Origin: Octopus vulgaris
Taxonomy: Eukaryota
Length of the DNA: 64,000 nt
Assembly: GCA_951406725.2 (NCBI GenBank)
Contig: OX597814.1
Coordinates: forward strand, 166,594,001 to 166,658,000
Direction of reading: 5' to 3'
Under the pieces are notes generated by a model that saw only the letters and a list, made by a program, of their open reading frames with translations, was not told the origin of the DNA and made no database searches. Positions 39,373 to 52,857 of this stretch are shown here, piece by piece. The translations under genes were made by a program, and so were the position numbers. Each line of letters begins with the position of its first letter. Position 1 is the first letter of the stretch.

Positions 39373-39672
39373 TTTATTTATAAACACTGGAAGAGACACT
39401 TCAAGATTGTAGAATATAATCCTATAAGAAAAAACATCTAACCCCCAAAGAACAATGAAAGCAGACATAAATACCATATGAATAAAACTAGGGCAGGAGG
39501 AGTAGTGGGTAAATTACAAAAAGAAAAATTTGCATCAAACTGCTAACTTAATAAATATCACCAAATATTTTACATCTGCAATACACAGAACAATCTAAAA
39601 TGTAAACTTAATTTTGAAACATGAATTTTTCAAAATGTCTACTTAAAAATGAATTTATGCTGAAATACTTAC

Positions 39673-42199
39673 CTGGTAAAACCTCCTTAATTTTTAACAT
39701 CTTCCAGTATTCTCCGTGAACAGACTTCCCTGAAGAATCCGTAATGTTAGCATCAAGAAGATCAGAGTCATGTTCTCGAATGAAATGCTCCTCATAGTCT
39801 CGTATGTCATAGCAGACAAAATCACAAAATGAGCATCGGTAAATTCCTTTAAGGCCAATGTCATTTTCACTTTGGTCTTCAGGTTCAGTTTTTATAGTTG
39901 TCCCCAAAACTTTCTCCAAGCTCTGAGAAGTGGACATGGACTGGTTTGGATGTATGAGCAAGCTTTCAACAACAGAAGATAACATACCTAACGAATCTAC
40001 AGCCTGTGGAAAAGTTTGTTCCATAGAAGAGAACTGAGTCTGATTCTCCAGAACATCTTGATTGTTACTACTAGAGCTTTGTTTATTTGTAAAGCTTCTG
40101 TCGGAGGTATCTTTTGTCTTTTTTAGTGGAGGGAAGTCTTTACTTTGTTCATTAACAGTTTGATCAGAACTGCTCGCATGAACTTGATTTTTGTCTTCTT
40201 TAGACTTACAAGAAAGTTTTTCGAGTGAAGAATTTTCACCAGCAGTTAACGACATATTATCAGCAGTTTTTTTATTATTTTTACTTGAGTTAAACTCCTC
40301 GTCTGAATCTGAATCAGACCAAGAGGTTGTCAGCTGTGGTTGATGACGTACAGCCACAGGAGCATGTCGCTTACGCCTCTGTCGAGGAGCAGACTCGCGG
40401 TCAGAATTTGGTTCACCATCACTAGTTACCTCTTGACTCTTTGTTTCTTTATCCAGTTCATTGTCAGAAACCTCTTTTGGGGTGTCACTAGAAACTGGTG
40501 ACAGCCGTTCTCCTCCCAAAGGAATATTTGTTGCATGAGATCTTGAGTTTGGTTGGGTACTTGGCTGAGTAACACTATTATCGTCCGAGTCTGTTTTACA
40601 GTTATTACTATTATGGGAGCTGCTTGTGGTAGCATTATTTGTATCATTGTTGCTAGAATCTTCTAATAAAGAAGTGGGAGAATAGGCTGAGGAGGAAGAA
40701 GAAGATGTAAGTGAAGATGGCATAGAAGAATAACTGGACACTTTCTTTGTTGAAACATAGTTACCATTACTGTTTGAGGGACAATGAGATGATTCTCTTT
40801 TGAAATTAGGAGACAATTTTTGTTGTGGTTGTTGTGGCTGTTTTTGCTGTTGATGCTGTTTCTGATGATGGGATTGTATGTTCTGATGTGATGAATGTAT
40901 ATTTGTTTGTGGGGGTATTGGATGGGGTAGAGATTGTGAATGTGTAGGTAGAGGTGGGAGGGTTGTGAGCTGTTGTTTGTGTTGTTGTTGTTGCGATTGA
41001 TGATGGTGTTGTATCTGTTGGTCAGAAGACACACTTCTATCAGCAGTCTCGACACGCGCCCGATGCTGGTAACTCGAACAATGGCTTAAGAAAGCCGCAC
41101 GTGCCTGACACTTACAGTTACACACCTGGCAAAAATAAACAATGTTGCCACCTTCTCGGATCAGCTTAGTGTACTTACCAAAGTCATGTGTGTAACTTGG
41201 GTTTGACATAGCACTATGGAAGCCAGAGGAATTTCCACCTGCATGTAGCCGAGTGTTTGATATCAGAATTTGATCTGCTAGCTGCTGAAGACGTGTTATA
41301 TTTTCTTCCATAGTCATTTTCTCTGGTTTCACGCTATCTTTGACAGAATTTACACTGATCTTGTTATTGCTGTTACTATTAGCGCAGCCGTTGCTACTGT
41401 TATTATTAACAGATATATTTGTACCAGTACTACTACTGCTGCTAGCTACACTGTTACCATTAACTTGCCCAAATAACGGTGCTGAGGGTGCCAGTTGTCG
41501 CTGCTTCCCATGGACTGTATCCATGACAAATCGCGATGTCCGGTACTGCATCGTCTTGTTGGGATCACTTATTGTACACTGATTTTCTGTACTGATTTCA
41601 GTTCCGCTCTTATTGGTAAATTCATCGATAGGTGAAGCTTCAGGAGAGTCTAATTCAGTATCAGAAGTTTCAATGCCATGAGAAAAACGGCAATGTGCAC
41701 GGAGATCTTCTTCAGTACTAAAGTTGAAATTGCAATGTTGGCAATCTTTATAAGATTGCTTTTTTGTTAAGTGTTGGTCATTGACATGGCTAATGAAGCT
41801 ATCCCGTGATGTCAGAATAGATGGCAGAGTTGTACACAAAGTACATTTGTATAAGATTTCAGCAAATTTCATCAAGTTCTCAACAGAGTGTCCAAGAACT
41901 TTATCAAGCAGAAAGTTTTTCTGATTACTAACATCTGAGGATTCCTTAAAACAACTTTTAGATTCTTGACTCGTAGAAAATGTTTGGTTCCCACCACTTT
42001 TCGCAGACATGGTAAAATCCACATTGGAATTCGACCCGTTAAGAAGTAATTTTGAAGAATTTTTATAGTTTGGACTAAAATTACAGGAACCGAGATCTTT
42101 GTCATCTTCAGTTTTGATTTTTATATGGCATTGGTTTGTAGAATCAACAACAGAGTTTGAGCAACTGTTGGTAAGATGGTTATACATGACAGCATGCAT
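39673..42199 (-). CDS. Large first coding exon of an uncharacterised zinc-finger transcription factor (4 dispersed C2H2/matrin-type fingers plus the start of an RFX-like winged helix)
   Basis: 863-aa ORF in the track. Fingers: YKCTLC..HVNDQH, DCQHC..HCRFSH, YFCQVC..HCSSYQH (matrin/U1-like spacing), YRCSFC..HFIREH. Also a basic NLS-like RQRRKRH, two IKTE SUMO-type motifs and Q/S/N-rich linkers. An in-frame TGA upstream of ATG 42199 supports it as the start. A strong donor CCAG|GTAAGT at 39673/39672 (phase 1) means the last ~20 aa of the track ORF are probably intronic. Confidence 0.9.
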
Positions 42200-42282
42200 T
42201 TCTGGAGAAAAATTTTTAAATTTGGTAAAATGGAGTTTGTAGTGTCATTGAATCCACAGTATGTACTCAAAGTGAGAACAAC
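42200..42282 (-). other. 5'UTR portion of the large exon, with upstream acceptor
   Basis: Polypyrimidine tract and AG (ttttttttctgctctctttctag|) at 42283/42282. A second possible acceptor (tttttctccag|aaATG) lies at 42202/42201. Implies upstream non-coding exon(s), not located. Confidence 0.6.
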
Positions 42283-44694
42283 CTAGAAAGAGAGCAGAAA
42301 AAAAATTATTAACAATTTTTAACTGATGCATCAATATAAGTATTTTCCTTTTAAATAATATATCTATCTATATCTCTTTTGAACTGTCCAAATGCAAAAT
42401 TTACTTACCATATTTACTCATGTTTACCCTTATGTATCCCTATCTCTCCTTGTCTACAGATCCTAAATCTTGCACACTGTTCTACTACTTTCTGTTTTTA
42501 TTCTCCTTCCTTGATTCCATACCTATATATAAACCACGTTACCCCTTAGCATATTGGTATTTCCCATCATCTGCCCCCCCCCTATCCTTGTTCATCACTC
42601 ACTACACTAAACTCTACATTCACCTGTTTATTCCTTCCTCACACTGAAAGCATCCACTCACACATCCCCCCCACCCCAAAACTAATTGTCCTTGTCCTCT
42701 TTTATGCTCACCTTCTTGTTTCTTGTTCCTTAAGGGTTTGCTCTAAAACCCCATTACTAACTTCTCATCTCCTTTAGCCATACATCTCCTCTACAGCAAG
42801 ACACCTGCACTTGTCCCTCTATCATCCTTTAGCCTTTTGACACCTGGCATACAGCCCCTCACCTCCATCTGCCCCTCCCAAATACTTTTTCTTGTTAGTA
42901 CGAGCTTTTTCTTCCCTTTCCTTGTCCTCCTTCTCCATTCTTTCCTGTCTTGCAAGTTACATGACCACCTCATTAGCGCCCATGCATGGAAAAAGCACCC
43001 AATACATTCTGTAAAGTGGTTTGCATTAGGAAGGGCATCCAGCCTATAGGATCCATACCAAACATGACATCAGAACTCAGCACAGCTCTGCAACTTGCCA
43101 CTTCCCTGTCAAACTGTTCTACCCATGCAAGCATAGAAAACAGACATTAAACGATGATGATGATGGATTTGTGCTATTTTATACTTAATTTTAACTGAAA
43201 AAAAACAGGAACACAACTTATATGAAGGGCAAAGCTAATATCAAATTTAAATATGCAGGGAAAAAATTTTATACCAAGATTTAAAGCTAAATTAGGGGTA
43301 TGACTTTAACATGAGTGTAACTTATGCACAAGTAAATATGGTATATTGTGATAAATGGTTCACGACTATACTTTTTAACACACAGACTGCTTTTATATTC
43401 CAATTTAATCAAAGTTTAGGTTTAGGAAGAATTCAACAAAATAGCTATAACTTTAGATATAAATTTCTTAGTATTATTTTGCTGATATTAACCAACCAAA
43501 ATATCACAAAATAATTTATGCTACAATAAAATATTGTTTAATTAATGAAAGTCTATGAATACTTCAGCACAAGTTAGTATTAAAACAATTGAGATTTTTT
43601 TACAGATATTGAAACAAATATTGCTTTATCTGATTTCCCTGATCAAACCACTGAAGAACCCCCCCACCCCCACAAAAAAGCAACATTTCAAACATAGAAA
43701 TAAATGATGAGTACAATCAAATCAAAGATACTGTAAAGATTACATGAAAATACAGGAGGACAGAAAGTAGTTGACATTTATAGGGTGAATTGGAGGCGAA
43801 AAGAGTGGCAGCCCAGTGTAAAGGCTACAAATCATACAACTAAGTAACTATGGTAGTAGAGTTGATGATGACAATATCTTTGTCTTTGTTGTTGTTCAGC
43901 TCCTAATCAGACCTAATTGAGCAGGTCTACAAGCAAAGATGTTCCAACCATGACCATCCAAACTTTTTTCAATATAGTGGGTATAGGAATACATTATCCA
44001 ATGTGTCCTTACCTTTTTTTTATGATGGTAAGGTGTGGTTTTACGAAAATGACAGCAAGAACCAGTAAGTCAGGTGGCCACATGCAGGCTCCATTAATGA
44101 CAATAATGATGATGATGATTATTATTTTATAGATATGTATGTACATAGGTACATAGGCACATAGAGGCGCACACACACACACAAACACACACACACGCAC
44201 CCACACACACACACCACACAAAGAGAGTAATAAAAAGCATACATGGAGTGTTAAGTTACAATTCTGAGTCTCTCAGTAATCACTAACAAATATCAACAAT
44301 CATCACAGTTAAGAAACGCTATAACAACACCACATCTTTTGGGTACTTTCAACCTTCATCTTATCCTAACATCAACTCCACTGTGGTAAAGTTTGTGAAA
44401 GGAGAGCAAATACTGGCAGAGGATTAATTGTTTGCAAATTAGAAAATATTTCATTTTAAATAAACATGTCAAAACAGATTGTTTTGCAGCCAGAATAAAA
44501 ATGAAGAATATTTATTTTCTCTCATAAATTTTGTGGGGGGGTTTGGGGGTGGATGGGGGTGAGTGGGACTGGATAGAAGTGGTGTGCAGCTATGCTTAAT
44601 TTACATGAGCCAGAGATTGTTGCAACAGAGATTGAAAAAGGTGTCAAAAATGAATATGTATCTGTAAGTCAGTAGCAGCAAAATGTTAGGAGTA

Positions 44695-45218
44695 CCGTAA
44701 ATCCTCGAGTATAATCCGCATTTTTTTCCAAAACAATTTAAAGGTCAAAATCCCTAGTGCGTACTAATACATGAGGTTAGAAATGAAAATTATTTTCTAA
44801 GCAATGTCCGAGTCTCTATTTACTGTCCGGCAATGTTTATTCAGATGCATTTTGTGATGTCGGGCACGAAAATACCTTAAGCTAAGCCTTAAAGCAATGA
44901 AGTCATAAAAGAATCATCCATAACTTGCAGTAAGCAACATTTATTAAATGTTATTACTGTTATTGCTGTTATTTCTTTATTTTCTGCAAACAAAATGCAC
45001 AAAAAAGCTACACGGTTGCATTATGTTATATATACAATAATAATAAAGCACATTACCGTATACATATTTACAAACCAAGAATGTTATATAGACCTCCTTG
45101 GCTCAAGTTAGAGAAGGGGTGCATATTATACACAAGGTTTAAGTTTTTCAGAGATACAGCCCCCTAAAAATCCCCCGCGTATTATACTCAAGGGTGGACT
45201 ATACTCGAGGATTTATGG
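44695..45218. mobile_element. Tc1/mariner/pogo-superfamily MITE
   Basis: TIRs ccgtaaatcctcgagtata / tatactcgaggatttatgg, flanked by TA on both sides. Confidence 0.8.
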
Positions 45219-45905
45219 TAGATTCTTTGTGGGACATCATCATCATCATCATCACCAGTACCATTTTATGCTTGTTTTCTTTTTTTCTTTTCTATTCTAA
45301 CGGGTGTAGATGTATGGTAAGATGTTTAGTTCCCAACCACATGGTTTTAGGTTCGGTCCCACTGCATGACACCTTGGCAAGTGTCTTCTACTATAGCATC
45401 AGGCCAACCAAAACCTTATGAGTAGATTTGGTAGATGGAAACCCTCACCTGTTTTCATCATCATCATTTAACGTCCGTTGTCCATACTGGTATGGGTTGG
45501 ACAGTTTGACCAGGGCTAGCAAGCTGGAAGGCTGCACCAGACTGCAGTCTGTTTTGGCATGGCTTCTACAGCTGGATGCCCTTGCAAACACCAACCACTC
45601 TGAGAGCGTAGTGGGCACTTTTATGTGCCATTCGCATGACACAGGTATCTGCCATGATGGTGGTTTTACTTGGTTTGATAGGTCTTCTTCTCAAATACGG
45701 CATAATGCCAAATGGACTCGGTCGTTGCCTCTGTGAAGCCCAATGCTTAAAGCATGGCATAATGCCAAATAGTCTCGTCCTTGTCTCAGTGAGGTGCAAT
45801 GACACTGTTTGTATGAAGAAGACACAAGCACCACACACACACACACACACACACACAAAGGTGAGATAGTATCAATTTTTAAGAGCCTTTGTTTTAGACA
45901 GACCC

Positions 45906-46135
<230 letters not shown>

Positions 46136-46509
46136 TATTAAATAATATATTAAATATAATGTATTAAATAATACATATAGATATATTAATTCACATAGCA
46201 CTGTTTGGCCTAGGACTTAAGTAAAAGACACCAGTTCAATGTGCTAATGTGCTGTGCAGTGGGCCTGAACCTGAAATCAAGTGGTTGCTAAGAAAGCTTC
46301 TTAATCATACAGCCATGCCTGTAAGTAAGTATAAATCTCATATGAATATACATAATTAAAATAAAATTTTCATTTTATGACTTTCAGCTGTGAATGGTTG
46401 AAACATTACAACAAAAATGTTAAACAACATTCATGTTTCTCATCAATAAATTAATGTCAACAATTAAAAAAAGTTAGATGAACATAAACTATGTTGAAAA
46501 TATTCTCTC

Positions 46510-46887
46510 ATGAATGACGAAGCCACCTTGAGCATAATCCTATGGACCCGGAAAAATTTTAAACAGAGAGTTACTTGCAAATAAATGTGTTAACATGTGA
46601 CATTTATGACCGAGGTTACCGTGGTCTTTTCCGTTGGCTTTTCTTTCCACGGATAAACCTTATCTGCTTTCCCCTTTACACTTTACATCATGACATTTCT
46701 GTGAGACACGATCCTTATTGATCGTTTTTTCTTTTCTTTTTTTCTTTTGTCTTTTTTTTTCCTTTCTACGATCCCTTTTGATCCAAAACCTGCCCCACCC
46801 TTTTTTTTTCTGCCCAAAAAGAAAATCTCTACTTTGTAATTTGTCCTGTCTGCGTCCAACCCTGTGTGGCTAATAAAGAAACATATC
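46510..46887 (+). mobile_element. Probable L1/Tx1-like LINE 3' end
   Basis: Short ORF-end-like segment (MNDEATLSIIL), T-rich UTR and terminal AATAAAGAAA. Confidence 0.4.
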
Positions 46888-47065
46888 TGCCACTAAATAC
46901 AATCACAATGCTCTTCACTAAGAATTTGAATTTCATCATGGCAACCATTTAAATTCTGCACAAATAGGCTTCATTTTACTTAATACAATATCAATTAAGA
47001 GTAAAAGTCTTGAATTTAGGCAATGTTATTATTCATAAGAATATTGTTAACAAAAACATTAATAT

Positions 47066-47411
47066 AGGCGCAAGCATGGCTGTGTGGTAGGAAGCTTGCT
47101 TTCCAACAGCATGGTTCTAGGTTCAGTTCCACTGTGTGACACGTTGGGCAAGTGTCTTCTACTATAACTTCGGGCTGACCAAAGCCTTGTGAGTGGATTT
47201 GGTAGCAGGAAACTGAAATGAGCCTGTCGTATATATCATCATCATCATCATCATTTAGCGTCCGCTTTCCATGCTAGCATGGGTTGGACGGTTCAACTGG
47301 GGTCTGTGAAGCCAGAAGGCTGCATCAGGCCCAGTCTGATCTGGCAGTGTTTCTACGGCTGGATGCCCTTCCTAACGCCAACCACTCTGTGAGCGTAGTG
47401 GGTGCTTTTAC

Positions 47412-47445
<34 letters not shown>

Positions 47446-47803
47446 GTATGTAGATATATATATATATATATATATATAAATATACATTATATATATGTAT
47501 ATATACATATGTATGTATGTATATGTATGTATGTAGATATATATATATACACACACACATATATACATATATATATATATAAACACACACACATACATAT
47601 AGATAGATAGATAGATATACATATATATATGTATGTATTTGTGTTTACATCCCCGTAACTTAGCAGTTCAACAAAAGAGACTGATAGAATTAGTACCAGG
47701 CTTACAAAGAAATAAGTCCAGGGGTCAATTTCTTTGACTAAAAGGTGGTGCTCCAACATGGCCACAGTCAAAATGACTGAGACAAGTAAAAGAGTAAAAG
47801 AGT
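47066..47803 (+). mobile_element. SINE family A with nested RTE 3' fragment
   Basis: RTE module at 47236-47410 inserted into the internal microsatellite. Confidence 0.75.
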
Positions 47804-48764
47804 ATAATTTATGATGCTTTTGATTTTGACGCAATTCTCAGGTTGTCTTCCAGTTTGTGAGCAATAAAGTAAAAGTTTAAGCAGAAAGTTGAAAACAAAT
47901 ACAGTAAAATATGGTTGAGGTAGCAACAACGCAGTCATTCAATCTACTAGAAATAGCAGCCAAATCTCACCCTACTGTCTTAAGAAAGGAAGAACTGAAA
48001 ATATAATGCACCTAACTCTCAAATGCAAAGACACACACACACACACATCATCAGCATTTATATTGGCTTTTCCATGTTGGTATATTTAGGATGGTTTTGC
48101 AGAGGATTCTCATTAACAGCCCTTTTAGATGCCTCTTATGATTCATAGAGACACAATGCGCCAATTCTAAAACAGATACATACTTGCACACACACAGATA
48201 ATATAATGACCTGTTTCTTGGAGTTGCTGCCTTCATTCAGACACATCTAACCCATTCCTCTCTTTCTCTCTCTCTCTCTCTTCTCATCCCACTTGTTGTA
48301 TCTATTGTAACTTATGCTCAAGTCTTCTTAAAACATTATCTTCTGCAATCTCCTCCAGGTTAACATCCTCCCTGTAGGCATTCAACTCGCAATGGTTTAA
48401 ATGGAATGTTAATGACATCCATCTTATGTCTCAGAAGACCTGCAAAGGCCATAATTCATTACCTTGTCTTCCTAACCCAGCAAGTAAAAAATAGTTTGGA
48501 TCTGAATTGGATTTCCAAGGAAGCGATAAAAAACAATTTATCGCTTCCTTGGGGAAATCCAATCATTTTGTGTGCTTGCATACTTTTGTTGTTCTTTTGT
48601 TGTCATCTAGTGCTGGATAAAAACATACAAAAAACGATACAAGAATTTCAACAGTATTCTATCATTTCATTAGAAAATGCAGACTTTGTAAATCTGTATA
48701 TAAACCAAGAAAAGATACCTTTATTACTTCTGAATAATTTTCCTACCATTATTAATTTATATAT

Positions 48765-49323
48765 GAAATTGAAATCAAAATCAAAGTGAAATTCGATGAT
48801 GGGCACGAGCACCATACGAGTGTGATCGTTGACAGAGCGGCCAACTGGCTTCCGTGCCAGTGGCACATAAAAGGCACCATTTGAGTGCGATCGTTACCAG
48901 CTTCGCCTTACTGGCACTTGTGTCCTGTGCTTGTAGGGTGCTAAGAGCACCATCCAAGCATGATCGTTGCCTGAGCGGCTAACTGGCTTCCATGCCGGTG
49001 GCATGTAGGAGGCACCATTCGAGCGGGATCATTACCAGCATCGCCTTACTGGCACCTGTGCCGTTGGCATGTGTAAAAAAAAATTCAAGCGAGGTCATTG
49101 CCAGTACCGCCTGACTGGCCCCCGTGCCGGTGGCACGTAAAAGTATCCACTACACTCTCGGAGTGGTTGACGTTAGGAAGGGCATCCAGCTGTAAAAACT
49201 CAGCCTGATCAAGACTGGAGCCTGGTGCAGCCATCTGGTTTGCCAGCCCACAGTCAAACCGTCCAACCCATGCTAGCATGGAAAGCGGACGTTAAACGAT
49301 GATTATGATGATGATGATGATGA
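48765..49323 (+). mobile_element. RTE-family 3'UTR fragment with tandem units
   Basis: Five to six units plus the conserved 3' module and (GAT)n tail. Confidence 0.75.
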
Positions 49324-49569
49324 CATGAAACATTTTCATTGAGTTGTATATTTTTATTGAGGATATACATGCACAGGGATATAATTACTCGCTAGCACCA
49401 TTTAATTATTATAGATGCCAGGAAATTTCTAAGCTAAATACAGTCCAGTCTATTTGGAAAACAACCTATTTCTTGGTTAATACTTATTCTCTGTGCTTTT
49501 TAGACAGCTCATTAATGTGGATGACAGTCAAATGACAATTTGATCATGAATTCTTAATAAAGAAGCTAC

Positions 49570-49880
49570 CAAAACGTTGCAAGCTGGATTGACCAGAACA
49601 AAGACAACAAAAGCTTGCAGAAAATAGAAAGCGGGAAGCAGCCACTGTCAACAAAACACACCAGAACAGTGGCACCGAAAGTGTGAAGAAAATAGATTGT
49701 ATGGAGTGAACTGTTGCTTGCAAGAAACGTTAGAGCATCAACAAAGACTTGAAGAATATAGAATGCACGGAGTTAACCATCATAAGCAAGAATCTGGAGT
49801 TCAAGGATAACAGTAAACATACTTTATGTAGAGCAATTAATGTAGACAACACAGAACATGTCTACCAAAGAAGAGCATCA
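49570..49880 (+). pseudogene. Decayed ~23-aa-periodic (STPR-like) coding fragment, possibly from a Helitron N-terminus
   Basis: Frameshifted PEQRQQKLAENRKREAA / TPEQWHRKCEENRLYGVNCCLQE-TLEHQQRLEEYRMHGVNHHKQE. Confidence 0.35.
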
Positions 49881-49977
49881 ATCACCTCAAAATAATGAGA
49901 TGAAGGAGCCTTTAACTCTGACCTAACTTATGATTATGAATCTCATGAATATTCTCTATTGATGCCATATAAAAATT

Positions 49978-50120
49978 GGTTCTAGGTGAATTCGTCTACA
50001 GCAATTCATCTGCAACAATTTATCTACAACAATTTATCTGTGTGGTTGTATGTCTGCGCATGCATGTGTGTGGTTGTTTGTGTGTGTGTATGTGTGTGGT
50101 TCTGTGTATGTGTATGTAGT

Positions 50121-50151
<31 letters not shown>

Positions 50152-50215
50152 ATGAATTGTATCCATAGATAAACTGCTGTAGATGAATTGTTGCAGACAA
50201 ATTCGCCGGATACCA
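49978..50215. mobile_element. MITE with TIRs built of ~14-bp subrepeats around (GT)n
   Basis: aattcgtctacagc-aattcatctgcaac-aatttatctacaac mirrored by tagataaactgctg-tagatgaattgttg-cagacaaattcgcc. Confidence 0.6.
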
Positions 50216-50619
50216 TAAAGTTTGTGCACCAAGCATGTAGCAAAAATGGAGACACTGAAATTTGTTGCTTAGATGGTAAAGTCCATCTGAGAATGTTGCC
50301 ACAATCTCCCAGTGCTTTTATGAATGCTGCTGGAGTCCAATCATTTGCTTAAAAACATTCAGGCTTATAACTGTGAATTTCAAATGATATCACTTGGAGC
50401 TATTATCATCCATGGAAGAAGTTCCATACTGACTTTCAAAGTCCTGGGACTGGAGTACCACGGAATTGGTTCTTTACTTTCTCTTCCTGAAGTTGTTTTC
50501 TCTAGCTGATTTGAACAAAGATATGAGAACCATCATAGTTTAAAGTTTAACTCTAAAACTGCATGAAATGTGACATTCTAGAAAAAGCTATATAAGAACG
50601 TCGTGAAGTATATTTGTCA

Positions 50620-51090
50620 CTTAAATGTGGCTAACCCTTAAAAGTGGATGCTACTGTAGTTTGTAGCCCCAGGAGGACACCTCCTCCAGCTGGCTATTGA
50701 CACACTTTCTGTGCCCTATCAGTATTTGCAACGGGAAGCCATCCTCCATCTTCGATCTGACATGATACACACGGACTCGAGTTTCTGGGTATTGACCCGT
50801 CATCAGCGTGTAACAATCACTGATTGCTGATGACTCGCTCAGAGATTTATTATTGCTTGTTTACACTTTTTTGATATCAGTGACCTTTTGTCACTGGAAA
50901 AAGGATATATATTTGAAAAGGGAACCCACTTTTCATCGGCAATCAGCGATTGTCACACGCTGATAAAGAGCCAATACCCAGAAACTCGAGTCTGTGTGTA
51001 TCATGTCAGACTGAAGATGGAGGATGGCTTCCCTTTGCAAATACTGATAGGGCACAGAAAATGTGTCAATAGCCAGCTGGAGGAGGTGTC
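50620..51090. mobile_element. Penelope-like remnant with ~158-bp inverted repeats
   Basis: Arms 50676-50833 and 50933-51090, each carrying a hammerhead motif. Confidence 0.6.
50769..50811 (-). ncRNA. Minimal type I hammerhead motif (Penelope-like)
   Basis: ACACG-CUGAUGA-C GGGU caau ACCC A-GAA-AC ucga GU-C|CGUGU. Canonical GUC triplet and palindromic ACUCGAGU stem III. A degenerate inverted copy lies at ~50955-50997. Confidence 0.75.
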
Positions 51091-51404
51091 GTATATATGT
51101 ATATGTATATATATATGTGCGTATTTATATGTTTATGTTTGTCCACCCCCCCAAACATCACTTGACAACCGATGCTGGTGTGTTTATGTCCCAGTAACTT
51201 AGCAGTTCAGCAAAAGAGACTGACAGAATAAGTACTAGGCTTACAAAGAATAAGTCCTGGGGTTGATTTCTTCGACTAAAGGCAGTGCTCCAGCATGGCC
51301 GCAGTCAAATGACTGAAACAAGTAAAATAGTTAAAGAGTGATACACATGTGATATGTTGGATGGCCTGGCTTGTTATTAACCTTTATCTATAATCCTGCA
51401 AGGC

Positions 51405-51690
51405 CACCATGAAATCCAGTCCTTGTCGTGGCGTGGTAGCTTGTGTGCTTCAATAGCCCTGAGAGCTGTGCTGTGCTGGACAAATCAAAGAATAAGAGCC
51501 AGACTAATATGAACTGCCTCTTCTCAGAGGTAAAAATAGGTGCATGTAGAGTCAATACCCCTACCTAGTAAAAAACAAAGTTACAGAAGCACCGATGACT
51601 ATACAAACCCAGCAAGACCTGGGAGAGGAAAACCTTCCCTCACACAAGCAGAAAAGACAGCCCGGAAGTGAGAACTATGAAGAAAATTTA
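51405..51690 (+). mobile_element. RTE/BovB-like 5'UTR fragment
   Basis: ccttgtcgtggcgtggtagcttgtgtgcttcaatagccctgagagctgtgc resembles RTE 5' ends (recalled similarity). Confidence 0.4.
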
Positions 51691-51848
51691 TCAACATGTT
51701 TTTGTAGAATGCTTGTACAATCTTCATTTACAACTACCATGTGTTGTCAAGACATGTAGACAAGCACACACACACACTCACACATACATACATGCATACA
51801 TACATACATACATACATACATACATACATACATACATACATACATACA

Positions 51849-51883
<35 letters not shown>

Positions 51884-52050
51884 GTGTGTGTATGTATGTA
51901 CAGCAGGTCTCTTTCAGTTTCTCTGTACAAAATCCATTCACAAAGCTTCGACTAACCCAGGGCTATAGTAGAAGACACTTGCCCAATGTGTCATGCAGGA
52001 CTGAAGCACACTTGTTATTCACACAGCTATGTGCACGCTTGTGCATGCAT

Positions 52051-52125
<75 letters not shown>

Positions 52126-52819
52126 TGTGTTTTATGAACATTATACGGGCTAAAATAGATTTGCCAACCCATTAAATTCTTTCTGTTTCACTGCTGAGCT
52201 CATGCAAGCAGAAAAACTGAGATCTCAAGGTACAAGAAATGTTTGCTTATATCAAGAATTTATGTAATTATATTTTCATATGTATACTGAATATATTATA
52301 TAACTTACATGAGTATATCACTAGATATGTTCTATGAACCTTACAGAGACCAATATTGATCACTCTGCAGCAAAACACAAAACAGAATATTACGAGATAT
52401 ATTTCTAAATATATATATATATATATATAATATAAAGTTATGCTCTTGACCAAAGTGGAGCGCTATAATGTAGAAGGAGGTAAGTGCAATTTTAAATTTA
52501 TCATTCACAATCTTTGGTTAAGAAGTAAATTTCACACAGAAGCACCACAATTTGATTACTTAGATCATTCCAACCAAATAAAATAGATTTGTCAGCCCAC
52601 AAAATTCTTTCCAGCTCACTGACGAATGCAGGCTTGTAAGAAACTGGAGATTTTCATCTCCAGGGGAAAATGCTTGGGTCTATGACAATTTTTTCATGTA
52701 TTTACGTATATTCCTTATTACTGAACATATACTTATATAAGTATGTATGTGTGTGTGTGAGTGTGTGTGTGTACACACATATACATATGAGTGGACAAAT
52801 GAAAGAAAGTGGAATTCAA

Positions 52820-52857
<38 letters not shown>

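Noticed and set aside
39608-39672. C-terminus of the 863-aa ORF as the true protein end
   Set aside because: A strong GTAAGT donor and a phase-matched downstream exon indicate splicing; kept only as a possible minor isoform.
46505-46570. ATGACGA..GAAAA as a hammerhead
   Set aside because: The core and stems do not fit; it looks like a LINE ORF end.
48805-49145. Repeat-spacer-looking array as CRISPR
   Set aside because: The intervening segments are homologous to each other, the array is part of a dispersed RTE 3'UTR, the context is eukaryotic and there are no cas genes.
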